29,018 nucleotides of DNA from a virus. Taxonomy: Duplodnaviria; Caudoviricetes. Numbering within the stretch: position 1 is the first letter of the stretch; each line of letters begins with the position of its first letter. This document shows, piece by piece, positions 16,601 to 25,803 of the stretch. The stretch spans positions 1 through 29,018 of the IMG/VR virus record IMGVR_UViG_3300043184_000211; one strand, 5' to 3'. The position numbers and the translations under genes are program-made. Under the pieces are notes generated by a model that was given only the letters and a program-made list of their open reading frames with translations, was not told the DNA's origin and searched no databases.

Positions 16601-19069
16601 TTGGACGCCGAGGCGCAGGCGCAGCTCACCGCCTTCTTCGACCAGGTGGCCGCGGCGGTCGGCCAGGCGGCGCGCGCGCTGGGCGCCGAGGTGCCAGCGC
16701 TGGTCGCCGGCGCATTCCGCGAGGAGTTCGACAAGAACGGCAAGCTGATCAGCCAGGTCTCGACCGTTGCCGGGCGGACCTACACGGAGAGCTTCCAGCA
16801 GTTCCAGCAGCGGCTCACTGCCGAAAGCCTGCTGCTGGTGGTGGGGCAGTTCGATAGCGCCGTGCAGCAGATCGCCGAGCGCTGGCGGGCTGATGCGGCG
16901 AAGCTGCTCGACGGCGCGCAGTTCCTGCTGCAGGCGCAGGCGGCCATTCAGCAGGGTGAGGCGCTGCTCGGCGAAGGCTCGACGCTCACCCAGACCGCCG
17001 ACTTCGTGCAGGACTTCGCGCGCGCCGGCGAGACGCTCTCCCAGACGTTCACGCGGCTGCAGGTGAGCAGCAAGCTGCTGACCGAGGCCACTGACCTGAT
17101 GGGCGTGGCGCTCGACCTCAGCCGCGAGGAGTTCATCCGCTTCGCCGCCGACATCACCGATGCGGCCGGCGGCGTAGAGCGTGCCGCTCAGCTGTGGCAG
17201 GGCTACTTCGAGACCTTCTACTCGGCCGAGGAGCGCGCGGCCCGCTCGGTCGACAACACCGCCAGCCGGCGCACCGAGGAGCTGGCCGACATCGGCCTGG
17301 CGCCCGAGATCTCGATGGCGGAGTTCCGCGCGCTGTTCGAGGAGGCGCTTCCGACGCTATCGGCCGAGGCCGTGGTGGAGTGGCTGGAGGCAGCCGACGC
17401 GATCCGCCAGGCGAACGCGGCGCAGCGGGCCTATGCCGAGGCGCTGCGCGCGGAGGCCGACTTCCTGCGCGACATCGGCAACGCCATCCTGGAGCAGGAC
17501 GGCAGCGAGTTCGACCAGACGCTGGCGCGCATCCGCGACCAGACGGCGGGCTACATCGAGCAGGCGAATGCACTGGCGCGGTCGCGGGGGGAGGAGGCAG
17601 CTTCGGCGCGCGACCTGGCGATGATCCACCGCTGGGCGGCCAATGAGGTCCGCCGCGCGATCGAGCAGTTGCGCGGCCAGGCGCGGGATGTGATCACGCA
17701 GCTGGGCTACAACGATCTCGACGCGCAGATCGCGGAGCTCGAAGGGCGGTCGAACGGCGTTTACCAGAGCCAGGTCGACGGCTTGAACGACGTGGCCGAC
17801 GCGGCCGCCAACGCGTTCGAGGAGATGCAGTCGGCGATCGCCGACCTCAACGACTACCTGGAGGACATGCTGCTCGGCGACCTGTCGCCGCTGTCGCCGG
17901 AGGAGCAGCTCGACGAAGCACAGCGCCGGCTGAACGAGACCGCCGCGCGGGCCCTGCAGGGCGATGCGTCGGCGGTCCAGCAGCTGCCGCAGCTGGCCGA
18001 CGCCTACCTGCGCTTGGTGCGCGATCGCGACGCATCCGGGGCGGACTACCGGGCCGAGTTCGAGCGCGTGCGCGGCCTGCTGCAGTCGGTCGCGGGCATG
18101 GACACGGGGGTCGCCCCGCCGCGCGACATCCAGCTGGTGCCGTCCGAGGAGCTGCGCGCGCTGTACGCGCAGCGTGACCAGCGCGCGGCCGAGGAGGAGG
18201 CCCAGCGGCGCCTCGCGCTGGCCAGCGACCTCGCCACCTACCTGCGCGATCTGGCGGCCGCCAGCAACGAGAGCCTGTTTGCAGTGGCCGAGCGGCTGGG
18301 GGTGGACTTCGACCGGTTCGTGGGCGACTTGGGCGGCCAGGCCGAAGCCAGCACGGCCGAGGCCGTGGCCGGCCTCGCGGCGATCGCCAACCAGCTCAAC
18401 GTCGAGCTGTCGGAGCTGGGCGAGGAGCTGGGCCTCGCGCTCGGTGAGCTCGCGGATGAGAACTCGCTGCTCAACGATGCGTTCGAGCTGGCGCTGGCCG
18501 GGCTTCCGGAGGAGTTCCGGACGCAGCTCGAGCCGGCGCTGCAGGACGTCGAGAACGCGGCCTCGACCGAGGAGTCGGCGGCCGCGCTGGAGCGCCTGGA
18601 GGACCTGACGGACGCGCTGCCGGAGGAATTCCGTCTGCGGCTCGCCCCGTACCTGGCGAACATCGATGCCGCGCCGTTCGAGGCGCTGAACCAGCTGGGG
18701 CTGTTGTCGGCCGTCGACGCCAACACGGCCCAGGCGGTGACGCTGCTGGAGCAGATCCTCGTCGCGGTCGGCGGCGAGCTGGCCGACGACGATGCGCCGG
18801 CTACGGCCGCGGGCAAGGCCCTGCTGTCGAGCCCTCTCGAATTTGTCCCGACGAAGCTGAGCGACGACATCCGCGAGGGCAACCGGATCATCGTCGACGA
18901 GTTGGCCGCGATGCGGCGCGAACTGGAGCAACTTCGGCGCGAGGCGCGCGAGAACGCGCAGGACCAGCGCGAGGCGACCGGCAACGGCGCGGAACGCACG
19001 GCGAATGCGATCGCCGGCGCGATCGATCGGCAGACGGCCGAGCTGACCATCCGCAGGCAGGCGAACTGA
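13655..19069 (+). CDS. Tape measure protein (1804 aa)
   Basis: Tape-measure domain (QLSQAFGAGALRGEEFNAVNE..PRL, EGKLT), Ala-rich coiled coils, position after the chaperones. Confidence 0.93.
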   Translation: MTDLEARLRLRGDGSNLVGVARSAKSEVREIGMASAEAGAQASAGFNRAEAAAERMQRTLRNAAGVAAAAFGVASITQAASALVRVADGYANIDGKLRLATDSEMAYAAAKAETFAISQRTSTELAATVSLYSRLTAAFDGLAVPQARVAQLTETVNEALAISGATGVESASAVLQLSQAFGAGALRGEEFNAVNEAAPRLMQALATSLGVPRGELKALAEEGKLTAEVLLAAFSGEQAEQIAAEFAKVPITIERGWTQVRNATQRTLGELDKSFGASSGLAQSLVALSNNMNLVVDAVGALGVAVVANAGARLTTSFVAATTAAVAKRQAVVAAAAADQAAAIASVEHAAAQARDVTATLAAVQAARADAVATMQTAQTKVQAAQATIAATSAIGAQSAAIRANAIAQEQLTVAIAQRTAATTALATLGRQQAALEAQLAAAATAQVAANNAVAASQARLATASSAAAAATGVLSRAGGALFTMIGGWPTIAAGAAAAIYYLVTSIDRSAEAAEAAVAKAREERERWQQEAVEQRRKRRAENPDEIFGDIVRMERRIEEIRRRGGADGPSDSGAQLLATLTKDLRDLRQEYAAATGDVSRFSTTLSGQREDIGKFIDRLKQQVQSQREQIAATQGGAAAVAELQRNQLSAAAATDEQKQQIQALIATIGQNDAAIKRVTDAKRAERDVQKELNEQLAINRTLEAQNDAELLKAEQASIDRRNATDEARAAMAGLQADLDREAELIGMNAAEREIAIAVMQEEDRWRGILEAAQRKTIDLTEAEVLEQRDLALQMAATNAQRERENRIRRQLGTFGGRVDPNTGQVQAFNTLPELIGGAIAESINDGAEGFSRVLTRWSDAWDQAQKDGPAAQTSFVAETITQVADFASNVIGAFERNADAPLRAIAEVAAMIPGPVGDVARAVQAIDSLFGGRLLGTNYEVQRQGRSVAFGASGVTGNTFVTETRQRALFGGTARRTTTTALDAEAQAQLTAFFDQVAAAVGQAARALGAEVPALVAGAFREEFDKNGKLISQVSTVAGRTYTESFQQFQQRLTAESLLLVVGQFDSAVQQIAERWRADAAKLLDGAQFLLQAQAAIQQGEALLGEGSTLTQTADFVQDFARAGETLSQTFTRLQVSSKLLTEATDLMGVALDLSREEFIRFAADITDAAGGVERAAQLWQGYFETFYSAEERAARSVDNTASRRTEELADIGLAPEISMAEFRALFEEALPTLSAEAVVEWLEAADAIRQANAAQRAYAEALRAEADFLRDIGNAILEQDGSEFDQTLARIRDQTAGYIEQANALARSRGEEAASARDLAMIHRWAANEVRRAIEQLRGQARDVITQLGYNDLDAQIAELEGRSNGVYQSQVDGLNDVADAAANAFEEMQSAIADLNDYLEDMLLGDLSPLSPEEQLDEAQRRLNETAARALQGDASAVQQLPQLADAYLRLVRDRDASGADYRAEFERVRGLLQSVAGMDTGVAPPRDIQLVPSEELRALYAQRDQRAAEEEAQRRLALASDLATYLRDLAAASNESLFAVAERLGVDFDRFVGDLGGQAEASTAEAVAGLAAIANQLNVELSELGEELGLALGELADENSLLNDAFELALAGLPEEFRTQLEPALQDVENAASTEESAAALERLEDLTDALPEEFRLRLAPYLANIDAAPFEALNQLGLLSAVDANTAQAVTLLEQILVAVGGELADDDAPATAAGKALLSSPLEFVPTKLSDDIREGNRIIVDELAAMRRELEQLRREARENAQDQREATGNGAERTANAIAGAIDRQTAELTIRRQAN

Positions 19070-19070
19070 T

Positions 19071-21566
19071 ATGTCCCGGCGCGTGATGCTGGTGGAGGTT
19101 CGGGCGCAGACGCCGGGGGCGCGCACGTACGCGACGCTGAACCCGGCGGACAAGGACGCCTCGCTCAACCTGACCAACGGGAACCTCACCGCGAAGAATG
19201 CGAACGCCACCGCCGTGTGGCGCGCCGTGCGGAGCACGCAAGGCAAGTCCTCCGGCCGCTGGTATGCCGAGGTTCGCAACAGCGTGAACGCCTCTTCGTC
19301 GTTGAGCGTGGGCATTGCCACCAGCGCGGCGTCGCTGGCCAACTACATCGGCAGCGGCGCCACCGGCTGGGGCATCTTCGCCAACGATTCGACTAGCCCG
19401 CCACGCGTCTTCAACAACGCGGCGAGCCAGAGTGCGACCGGGCTGGTGCCGCTCGCCGCCGGCCAGGTGGCGATGGTCGCCGTCGACTGTCACCTCGGGA
19501 AGGTCTGGCTGGGCTGCAACGGCGTCTGGGCGCTGGGCGGCGACCCTGCGGCCGGGCTCAATCCGACCTTCAGCTTCACGCCGGGCACGGCGGTGTTCCT
19601 CGCCCTGGCGCTGTTCGGCGGCACGCAGGAAGCGATCGCGAACTTCGGCGCGACGGCGTTCGCCCACCAGGTCCCGCAGACGTTCAACGCCGGGTGGTAC
19701 ACGACCGCGGCCGCGACGGCCAACACGCTCTACCTCGCTTCCGAGCGGGTGGTCACCAAGGCCGCGTCCACGCCGGCGAACACGCTCTACCTGCCCCGGT
19801 TGCTGCCGGGCTCGGACCCGGTGATGAAGCGCCGCGGATCCTGCTGGGTCTGGGGCGGTGACAGCGCGCGCCAGGGCGTCGGAGAGCTGGAGTTCTGCAA
19901 CGCCGATCGCGGGCTGGACGGCTGGCGCAACCTCGTCTTTCGCGATGCGCGCGTGATCGTGTCGTACGGCACGCCGACGCAGGCGCGCGATCCGTCCACG
20001 TGCACGGTCTGGACGGAGGCGATCGCCGAACGCGTCGAGTTCACCGCGCACACGGTGAAGCTGATCCTCTCCGACAAGCTGGCGCGGCTGGACAAGCCGG
20101 GCCAGACCAGCCTGTACGCGACCGGGGTGCAGAACACGGTGCTGGTCGAGCAGCCGAAGCCGACCCTGATCGGCCGGGCGGCGAACATCGATCCCGTGCA
20201 GATCAACACCTCGACGTGGGTCTACGACTGCGGCGACGGCAACGTGGCGATCGAGGAGATCACGGACCGCGGCGACCCGTTCGACGTGGGCGCCACCGAG
20301 TTCGACCGCCTGACCAACGGGTTCGACCTGCTCGCAGCGCCAGCTGGCAAGGTGGCCGCCACCGCCACCGGGCTGACCGGCACGGTCGTGGCGAACGTGC
20401 TCAATGAGACCTTCTCGGCGTGGACGGCGAGCGCGGTCGATCCGAACCCCACGGGATGGAACATCTCTGGCGAGGCCGGTTCCGACACGCACGTGTTCGA
20501 GTCGCCGGCCGGCGTCGCCCGATTCGAGAAGAACACCACCTACACGTCGGACATGTGGATTGAGCGCAACCTGTCGCTCTCGGCGGACAAGGTGTACCGG
20601 ATACAGATTGACGTGACCGCTGTGGTCGCGGGCCACCTTCGGGTGTTCTTCACCACGGCTGGCGGCGTGCGAAGCCTTGAGCTGTTCCGCCTGAACTCCA
20701 CCGGCCTCAAGACCCTCTTCGCGCGCGGCATCGCGGGCTATCCGAACCTGCGCATCGAGGTCCGGTATCCCACCATCACTGACGTGTCGATCACGAGCGT
20801 GGTGGTCGATGAGATGAAGGTCAACGACCGGCTGCCGGACTTCATCAGCGAGTGCGCGGTGACGCGCGGCGGTCTCCTGGCGGGCGACCTCGACACGACC
20901 ACGATCAACGCGCTCGATGCCAAGACCACGTACCGGCTCGGCTACTTCAGCCGTGGGCAGTGGCGCATCCGCGACGTGCTGCGCCAGGCGCTGGACTCCT
21001 TCACCGGCGGCATCTACCAGGACCGCCTCGGCCGGCTGGCGGTCTGGCGCCTGGAGGAGCCTGCGGCGACGCCCGTGCTGTCGCTGACCACGGCCGACCT
21101 TGGTGATGACTGGACGTGCAAGCTCGATACCGCGCCGGGGTTGACCACGATCCTCGGCGCGCTGCGCAACTGGACGCAGCACACCGACGCCGACTTCGCG
21201 ACCAGCGTCACCCAGGCGAGCCGCGAGCGCCTTCGTGCCGCATTCGGCGTGCTCCGCCGCGCCCTCGACGTGGTCGACCCGGCTTACGCGCACGCCGACA
21301 AGGCGGCACCTCTTGCGACGCTGCTCACGCGGGACCTCGATGCGCTGCTGGAGATCTCGCGCGTGGCGTGGTTCTACGGCGTGCCGAGGTTCATTTACAG
21401 CGGCACGGCCTTCCTGGACCAGTCGGCCGCGCTGACGCTCAAGCCCGGCGACACCATCCTGGTCACGCAACCGAAGTTCGACATGGCCACCGGCAAGCGC
21501 CTGCTCGTGACGGGCATCGAGAGCCGGTTCTTCTTGCAGCGGGTCTCCCTGGAGTGCATTGGCTGA
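19071..21566 (+). CDS. Tail tip/hub protein with inserted SPRY-like and carbohydrate-binding-like domains
   Basis: Core motifs GELEF.NAD..LD, KP.LIG...NI.PV, DRLGRL, L.PGD.I.V. SPRY-like segment ~19128-19700 and jelly-roll-like segment ~20390-20820. Confidence 0.75.
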   Translation: MSRRVMLVEVRAQTPGARTYATLNPADKDASLNLTNGNLTAKNANATAVWRAVRSTQGKSSGRWYAEVRNSVNASSSLSVGIATSAASLANYIGSGATGWGIFANDSTSPPRVFNNAASQSATGLVPLAAGQVAMVAVDCHLGKVWLGCNGVWALGGDPAAGLNPTFSFTPGTAVFLALALFGGTQEAIANFGATAFAHQVPQTFNAGWYTTAAATANTLYLASERVVTKAASTPANTLYLPRLLPGSDPVMKRRGSCWVWGGDSARQGVGELEFCNADRGLDGWRNLVFRDARVIVSYGTPTQARDPSTCTVWTEAIAERVEFTAHTVKLILSDKLARLDKPGQTSLYATGVQNTVLVEQPKPTLIGRAANIDPVQINTSTWVYDCGDGNVAIEEITDRGDPFDVGATEFDRLTNGFDLLAAPAGKVAATATGLTGTVVANVLNETFSAWTASAVDPNPTGWNISGEAGSDTHVFESPAGVARFEKNTTYTSDMWIERNLSLSADKVYRIQIDVTAVVAGHLRVFFTTAGGVRSLELFRLNSTGLKTLFARGIAGYPNLRIEVRYPTITDVSITSVVVDEMKVNDRLPDFISECAVTRGGLLAGDLDTTTINALDAKTTYRLGYFSRGQWRIRDVLRQALDSFTGGIYQDRLGRLAVWRLEEPAATPVLSLTTADLGDDWTCKLDTAPGLTTILGALRNWTQHTDADFATSVTQASRERLRAAFGVLRRALDVVDPAYAHADKAAPLATLLTRDLDALLEISRVAWFYGVPRFIYSGTAFLDQSAALTLKPGDTILVTQPKFDMATGKRLLVTGIESRFFLQRVSLECIG

Positions 21567-22369
21567 TGCTCCTGTGCGCGCGCAACGTGATGGTGGAAGC
21601 GCAGTCCGTGACGCTGGGCGGCACCGCGAGCGGCGGCGCGCTGTCGGACATCAACGTCCTGCGCCAGCCCTACAACGGCACGCCCTTCGTGCACAACAAG
21701 TACTCCTTCGGCACCGGCGGATGCTGGATCGAGTTCCAGTTCAACGTCTCCGCGCCGCCCTATGTGCGTGCGCTGGGTCTGCTCATGGACCAGCGCGGGC
21801 CGGGAAACAACGTCACATACGAGGTTCGCTCCGTGGGCGGCTCGCTGATGTTCAGCGGATCGATGTCCGCGGTGAGCAACGGTCCTTCGTTCCCTGCGCT
21901 GTGGTACGTGGACCTCGCGCCAACGCTGCCGGGCTACGTGGGCTACAACGTCGGGCGCATTCGCTTCGACCTCGACATGCTGCAGCCGAATGACCCGCGG
22001 GCCGTGATCCGCTGCTTCGCTTCGGCCGGCATTCTGGCTCGTGAGTACCGGGATCGCCTGATCCTGCGCGACAGCTCGACCGGAGACCGTTCGCTCTTCG
22101 GGTCGTGGCTGGACGTCGAAGGCACTCGCCGACGCGAAGTGGCGGTGACCGTCTCCCATGTCGACCTTGCGTTCTCCTACGGGGTGCTCGGTACGGACCT
22201 GCCGGACAGCTACGGCGAAGCCTTTGCCCTCGTCGGAGCAGGTCCGGAGGTGATGCTGATCCACCCATCGGCGCGGTTCAGCATGATGGGCCGCTTCGCC
22301 ACGCGCCCGAAGATCGATCGCTCTGCCGGTGTGCTCAACACCGTCGAGTTCGCGGTGAGGGAGTACTGA
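21566..22369 (+). CDS. Minor tail protein (distal-tail-like)
   Basis: TGATG-coupled start. Beta-sandwich-like N-terminus, then D.S...RS..G......RRR and a terminal F.V.E strand. Confidence 0.6.
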   Translation: MLLCARNVMVEAQSVTLGGTASGGALSDINVLRQPYNGTPFVHNKYSFGTGGCWIEFQFNVSAPPYVRALGLLMDQRGPGNNVTYEVRSVGGSLMFSGSMSAVSNGPSFPALWYVDLAPTLPGYVGYNVGRIRFDLDMLQPNDPRAVIRCFASAGILAREYRDRLILRDSSTGDRSLFGSWLDVEGTRRREVAVTVSHVDLAFSYGVLGTDLPDSYGEAFALVGAGPEVMLIHPSARFSMMGRFATRPKIDRSAGVLNTVEFAVREY

Positions 22370-22370
22370 C

Positions 22371-23276
22371 GTGGCCCGCCGATGCCTGATCAGCTACGTC
22401 GACCGCTATCCGTACCTGGTCGCGACCAGTCCCGATGTTCCGGTACCGGCGCTGAGCGCGACGGGCACGCCGGTGGCCGGCTTCGAGCCGGCCAAGGCGC
22501 TGGAAGCTCGGCGATCGACGTGGTGGGAGGTTCCCAGCGGCGGCCCGCACACGCTCACGCTCGCCTATGCGACGGCCTACGAATTCAGTGACGTGGTGGC
22601 GATCTTCGCGCCTCCGGGCCGCGACTTTCTGACCGCGCCGCGCGTTCGCCTGCGCAACGCGGCGGGCACGACGGTGTTCGACAGCAGCACCTCCTTCCGG
22701 CCGCCGCGCGGGCTGCCCAACCAGCGGTTCTTCGTGATGCCATCGCGCACGCAGTGGCGCTACCTCGACGTGATCCTGGGCAGCGGCGATGCGCTCGCGT
22801 ACGTCCGCTACGGGTGGGCGATGGACCTTACGCGTTTCGCGGGCCGGTTGGTGGAGCTGTCGCCGAACGACTCGGTGGTGATCCAGGAAGGTGCGTCCAG
22901 TGCGGTGTTCGCGGCGCCAGACCTCACGTCAGGACGCCGCTACCTGTCCTATCGGCTCCCGCTGCTCGGGGTTCCGATGGCGACGATCGAGCGGGACGTC
23001 CAGGAATCGTCTACGCCGCAGCTGGGCGCCCTGTTCGACATGTGGGATCGGATCGGCAAGGCCAACACGGCGCTCGTGCTGCCCTATGCCGAAGACAACA
23101 CCGCCGATCCGGTCAGCATCTCGCTGATGCACGCGACCAGCCTGTGCGGCCGCCTGAACAAGGACCTCGAGTTCAGCTTCGAGGGGCGTGCGACCAACAC
23201 GGAGGACGAGGCCGGCAATCCGCTCACCGACCAGGTGCTGCGCAACGTCTCCCTGTCCTTCGAAGGCGCGTTCTAG
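22371..23276 (+). CDS. Minor tail protein, similar layout to the preceding gene
   Basis: Discoidin-like N-terminus (R.STWW, WRYLDV), C-terminus ending LSFEG. Confidence 0.6.
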   Translation: MARRCLISYVDRYPYLVATSPDVPVPALSATGTPVAGFEPAKALEARRSTWWEVPSGGPHTLTLAYATAYEFSDVVAIFAPPGRDFLTAPRVRLRNAAGTTVFDSSTSFRPPRGLPNQRFFVMPSRTQWRYLDVILGSGDALAYVRYGWAMDLTRFAGRLVELSPNDSVVIQEGASSAVFAAPDLTSGRRYLSYRLPLLGVPMATIERDVQESSTPQLGALFDMWDRIGKANTALVLPYAEDNTADPVSISLMHATSLCGRLNKDLEFSFEGRATNTEDEAGNPLTDQVLRNVSLSFEGAF

Positions 23277-23284
23277 GAGCCTGC

Positions 23285-23626
23285 ATGACCGCCGAGCCGG
23301 AAATCGACCTCACCGCCGTGCTGGGCACGACGCTCAGCCGCACCTTCACGCTGCGCAGTGCCGGGTTGCCGATCGACCTCACCGGCTGGGCGCCCAGCCT
23401 CACCGTGATGCGCCAGCACGGCGGGTCGGTGCTTCAGGAGCTGACGCCGGCGAACGGCCTCACGGTTCCGAACCCGACCGACGGCCGCATCGTGCTCGCT
23501 GCGTTCTGCGGCGGCGTCGGCTGGAACCTTGCGGTCGGTCGGTATCGGTACCGCATGAAGCTCACGGCGTCGCCGACCAACGTCTGGGCGCTGTGGGTCG
23601 GCACGTTCGACGTGGTGGCGCACTGA
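23285..23626 (+). CDS. Ig-like tail adaptor (BppU N-terminal-like)
   Basis: AGGAG SD; G.T....F.......IDLTG, G.I, G.Y.Y.MKL......L..G.F.V pattern. Confidence 0.7.
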   Translation: MTAEPEIDLTAVLGTTLSRTFTLRSAGLPIDLTGWAPSLTVMRQHGGSVLQELTPANGLTVPNPTDGRIVLAAFCGGVGWNLAVGRYRYRMKLTASPTNVWALWVGTFDVVAH

Positions 23627-23949
23627 TGGAAATCCTGGTCCAGCAGACCGTGATCGAGGTCTCTGGCGCGTCGGGCGCCGCCGTCACCGTGGCCGTCTCG
23701 CCGGCGATCGCGGTGGAACACGCCACCAGCGGCCCGCCGGGGCCGCCTGGCGGAACCGCGGGCGTGAACTTTGTGCAGCCGACGCCGGCGGCCACCTGGA
23801 CCATCAACCACAACCTCGGCTACCGCCCGAGCGTTGAGCTGTTCGACACCGGCGGCAACGAATTCGTCGCCGACGTGCTCCACACCTCGATCAACCAGGT
23901 GGTGGTGCAGCTTGCAGATCCCATCGCCGGCTCAGCCCGGCTCGTCTAG
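23626..23949 (+). CDS. Small tail fibre-associated protein
   Basis: TGATG-coupled; short GPPGPPG linker; WTINHNLG..PSV...D domain. Confidence 0.72.
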   Translation: MEILVQQTVIEVSGASGAAVTVAVSPAIAVEHATSGPPGPPGGTAGVNFVQPTPAATWTINHNLGYRPSVELFDTGGNEFVADVLHTSINQVVVQLADPIAGSARLV

Positions 23950-23957
23950 GAGCACCC

Positions 23958-24761
23958 ATGAGCCAGCAGATTCGCACTACCCTCGACTTCCTGAACTCGG
24001 CTAACGCCGGCATCGTCAACCTGCGCAATCCCGCGGCCGCGCAGGACGCCGCGACCAAGGCCTACGTGGATTCGGCCGTCGAAGGGTTGGCCTGGAAGGA
24101 CTCCTGCCGCGTGGCCACCCAGGGCAACCTCAACCTCGCGTCGCCGGGCGCGTCGATCGATGGCGTGGCCCTCTCGGTCGGCGACCGGTTCCTGGCTCGC
24201 GCCCAGACCGCCCAGTCCGAGAATGGCATCTACGTGTGGAACGGTGCGGCGACGCCGGCGACGCGCGCGCCCGACGCCAGCAGCGCTGACGAGCTGGAGC
24301 AGGCGGTGGTGACGGTCGAGGAAGGCACCAGCGCAGGCGCCTCCTTCCGACAGCAGACCGTCAACTTCGTCCTCGGCACCGGGAACGTGGTCTGGGGCAG
24401 CTTCGGTACCGGCGCGCCAGCCGCGACCGAGACCACTGCGGGCATTGCGGAGATCGCCACGCAGGCGGAGACGGACGCGGGAACGGATGACCAGCGCATC
24501 GTTACTCCGCTGAAGCTCGCGACTTGGAGCGGCCGCGTGCGCAGCTTCAAGGCGAACATCGGCGACGGTTCAGCCACACAGTTCACCGTGACCCACAACC
24601 TCAACACGCGCGACGTCCAGGTCGAAGTCGTTCGCGTCGCCGCGCCCTATCACACGGTGCTCACGGACGTCGAGCGTGACACGGTGAACTCGGTGGTGAT
24701 CCGCTTCGCCGATGCGCCGACCGCGAACCAGTTTCGCGTGCTGATCCACACGGTGCCCTAA
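23958..24761 (+). CDS. Tail fibre protein
   Basis: DAATKAYVD, K.SCRVAT..N, IDGV.L..GDR.L...Q...ENGIY, ATETTAGIAEIAT...VTPLKL fibre motifs; C-terminal THNL domain. Confidence 0.8.
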   Translation: MSQQIRTTLDFLNSANAGIVNLRNPAAAQDAATKAYVDSAVEGLAWKDSCRVATQGNLNLASPGASIDGVALSVGDRFLARAQTAQSENGIYVWNGAATPATRAPDASSADELEQAVVTVEEGTSAGASFRQQTVNFVLGTGNVVWGSFGTGAPAATETTAGIAEIATQAETDAGTDDQRIVTPLKLATWSGRVRSFKANIGDGSATQFTVTHNLNTRDVQVEVVRVAAPYHTVLTDVERDTVNSVVIRFADAPTANQFRVLIHTVP

Positions 24762-24764
24762 GCT

Positions 24765-25802
24765 GTGAGGCAGCTTGCCGCCAGCCGAGTCCGTGCCACG
24801 CGGGTGGTGACCGCGTCACCGGCTGCCCAGCAGGACAACTACGCGCCAACCGGCTGGTCGGCGCCCGCTGCCTTGCATCGTGTGCTCTACCTGACGCCCA
24901 CCACCAGCTTCATCCTGTCCGGCCTCGCTGACGGCTTCGCTGGCGCCACCGTCGATCTCGTGAACGGCAGCAGCGACTTCCTGGTGCTGATCGAGGACGA
25001 CTCTACGGACTCGACGGCTGCCAATAGGATCGTCCTTCGCAACCCGGTGTTCCTCATGCCGGGCGCGATGCTGAGCCTCTGGTACGACGCCACCAGCTCT
25101 CGATGGCGCGCGCGGTCCGCAAGCAGTGGGATCGGCTTCGGCGCGTTCTTCGACGCGTTCGAGGACTTCGTCGGCGGCACCGGCGCCTATGGCAGCGCCG
25201 TCGCTGGCACCGGCGCTTCGGTGCAGCAGTCGTCCTACCTGCTGAACACCACGGAGCGCCCGCACGGCGCCTTGCAGGCCGATACCGGCACGACGGCCAC
25301 CGGCAGGGCGCACATCGGCGCTTCGCAGAACAATGTCATCTACCCGACCAGCGGTCAGGCGATCAGCCTCACGCGTCTTGCGGTCGAGGCGTTGAGCATC
25401 GCGACCGACCGGTTTCAGGTCTTCTGCGGGTTCCACGACGCTGTCGGTGGCGTCAACGTCACCGATGGCGCCTATTGGTGCTACCGCGACGACGTGAGTG
25501 CGGCCTGGCAGGCGGGAGTGGCCAGCGGCGGCACGCGCGTCGAGAACTTCGCCGCCGGCCCGACGGTCGACCTCAACTACATCTGGCTCGGCGTCTTCGT
25601 CAACGCGGCTTGGACCAACGCGACGTTTTTTTACTCGATCGACTCGCAGGCGTGGGTGATTGCCGGCACGCGCAACACGGGCCTGCCGACTTCGGCGCAG
25701 GTCACTGGCATGGGCGCGACCATCAACAAGACGGTGGGCACGACGCAGCGCAACCTGTCGATCGACCTGATGGCCCACCGTTACGATCTCTCGCGGGGCT
25801 GA
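24765..25802 (+). CDS. Putative receptor-binding / lectin-like tail protein
   Basis: N-terminal LSGL..G..G...L.N...NRI...L.YD....RW module, then EDF.G and a ConA-like beta-rich domain. Confidence 0.6.
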   Translation: MRQLAASRVRATRVVTASPAAQQDNYAPTGWSAPAALHRVLYLTPTTSFILSGLADGFAGATVDLVNGSSDFLVLIEDDSTDSTAANRIVLRNPVFLMPGAMLSLWYDATSSRWRARSASSGIGFGAFFDAFEDFVGGTGAYGSAVAGTGASVQQSSYLLNTTERPHGALQADTGTTATGRAHIGASQNNVIYPTSGQAISLTRLAVEALSIATDRFQVFCGFHDAVGGVNVTDGAYWCYRDDVSAAWQAGVASGGTRVENFAAGPTVDLNYIWLGVFVNAAWTNATFFYSIDSQAWVIAGTRNTGLPTSAQVTGMGATINKTVGTTQRNLSIDLMAHRYDLSRG

Positions 25803-25803
25803 C

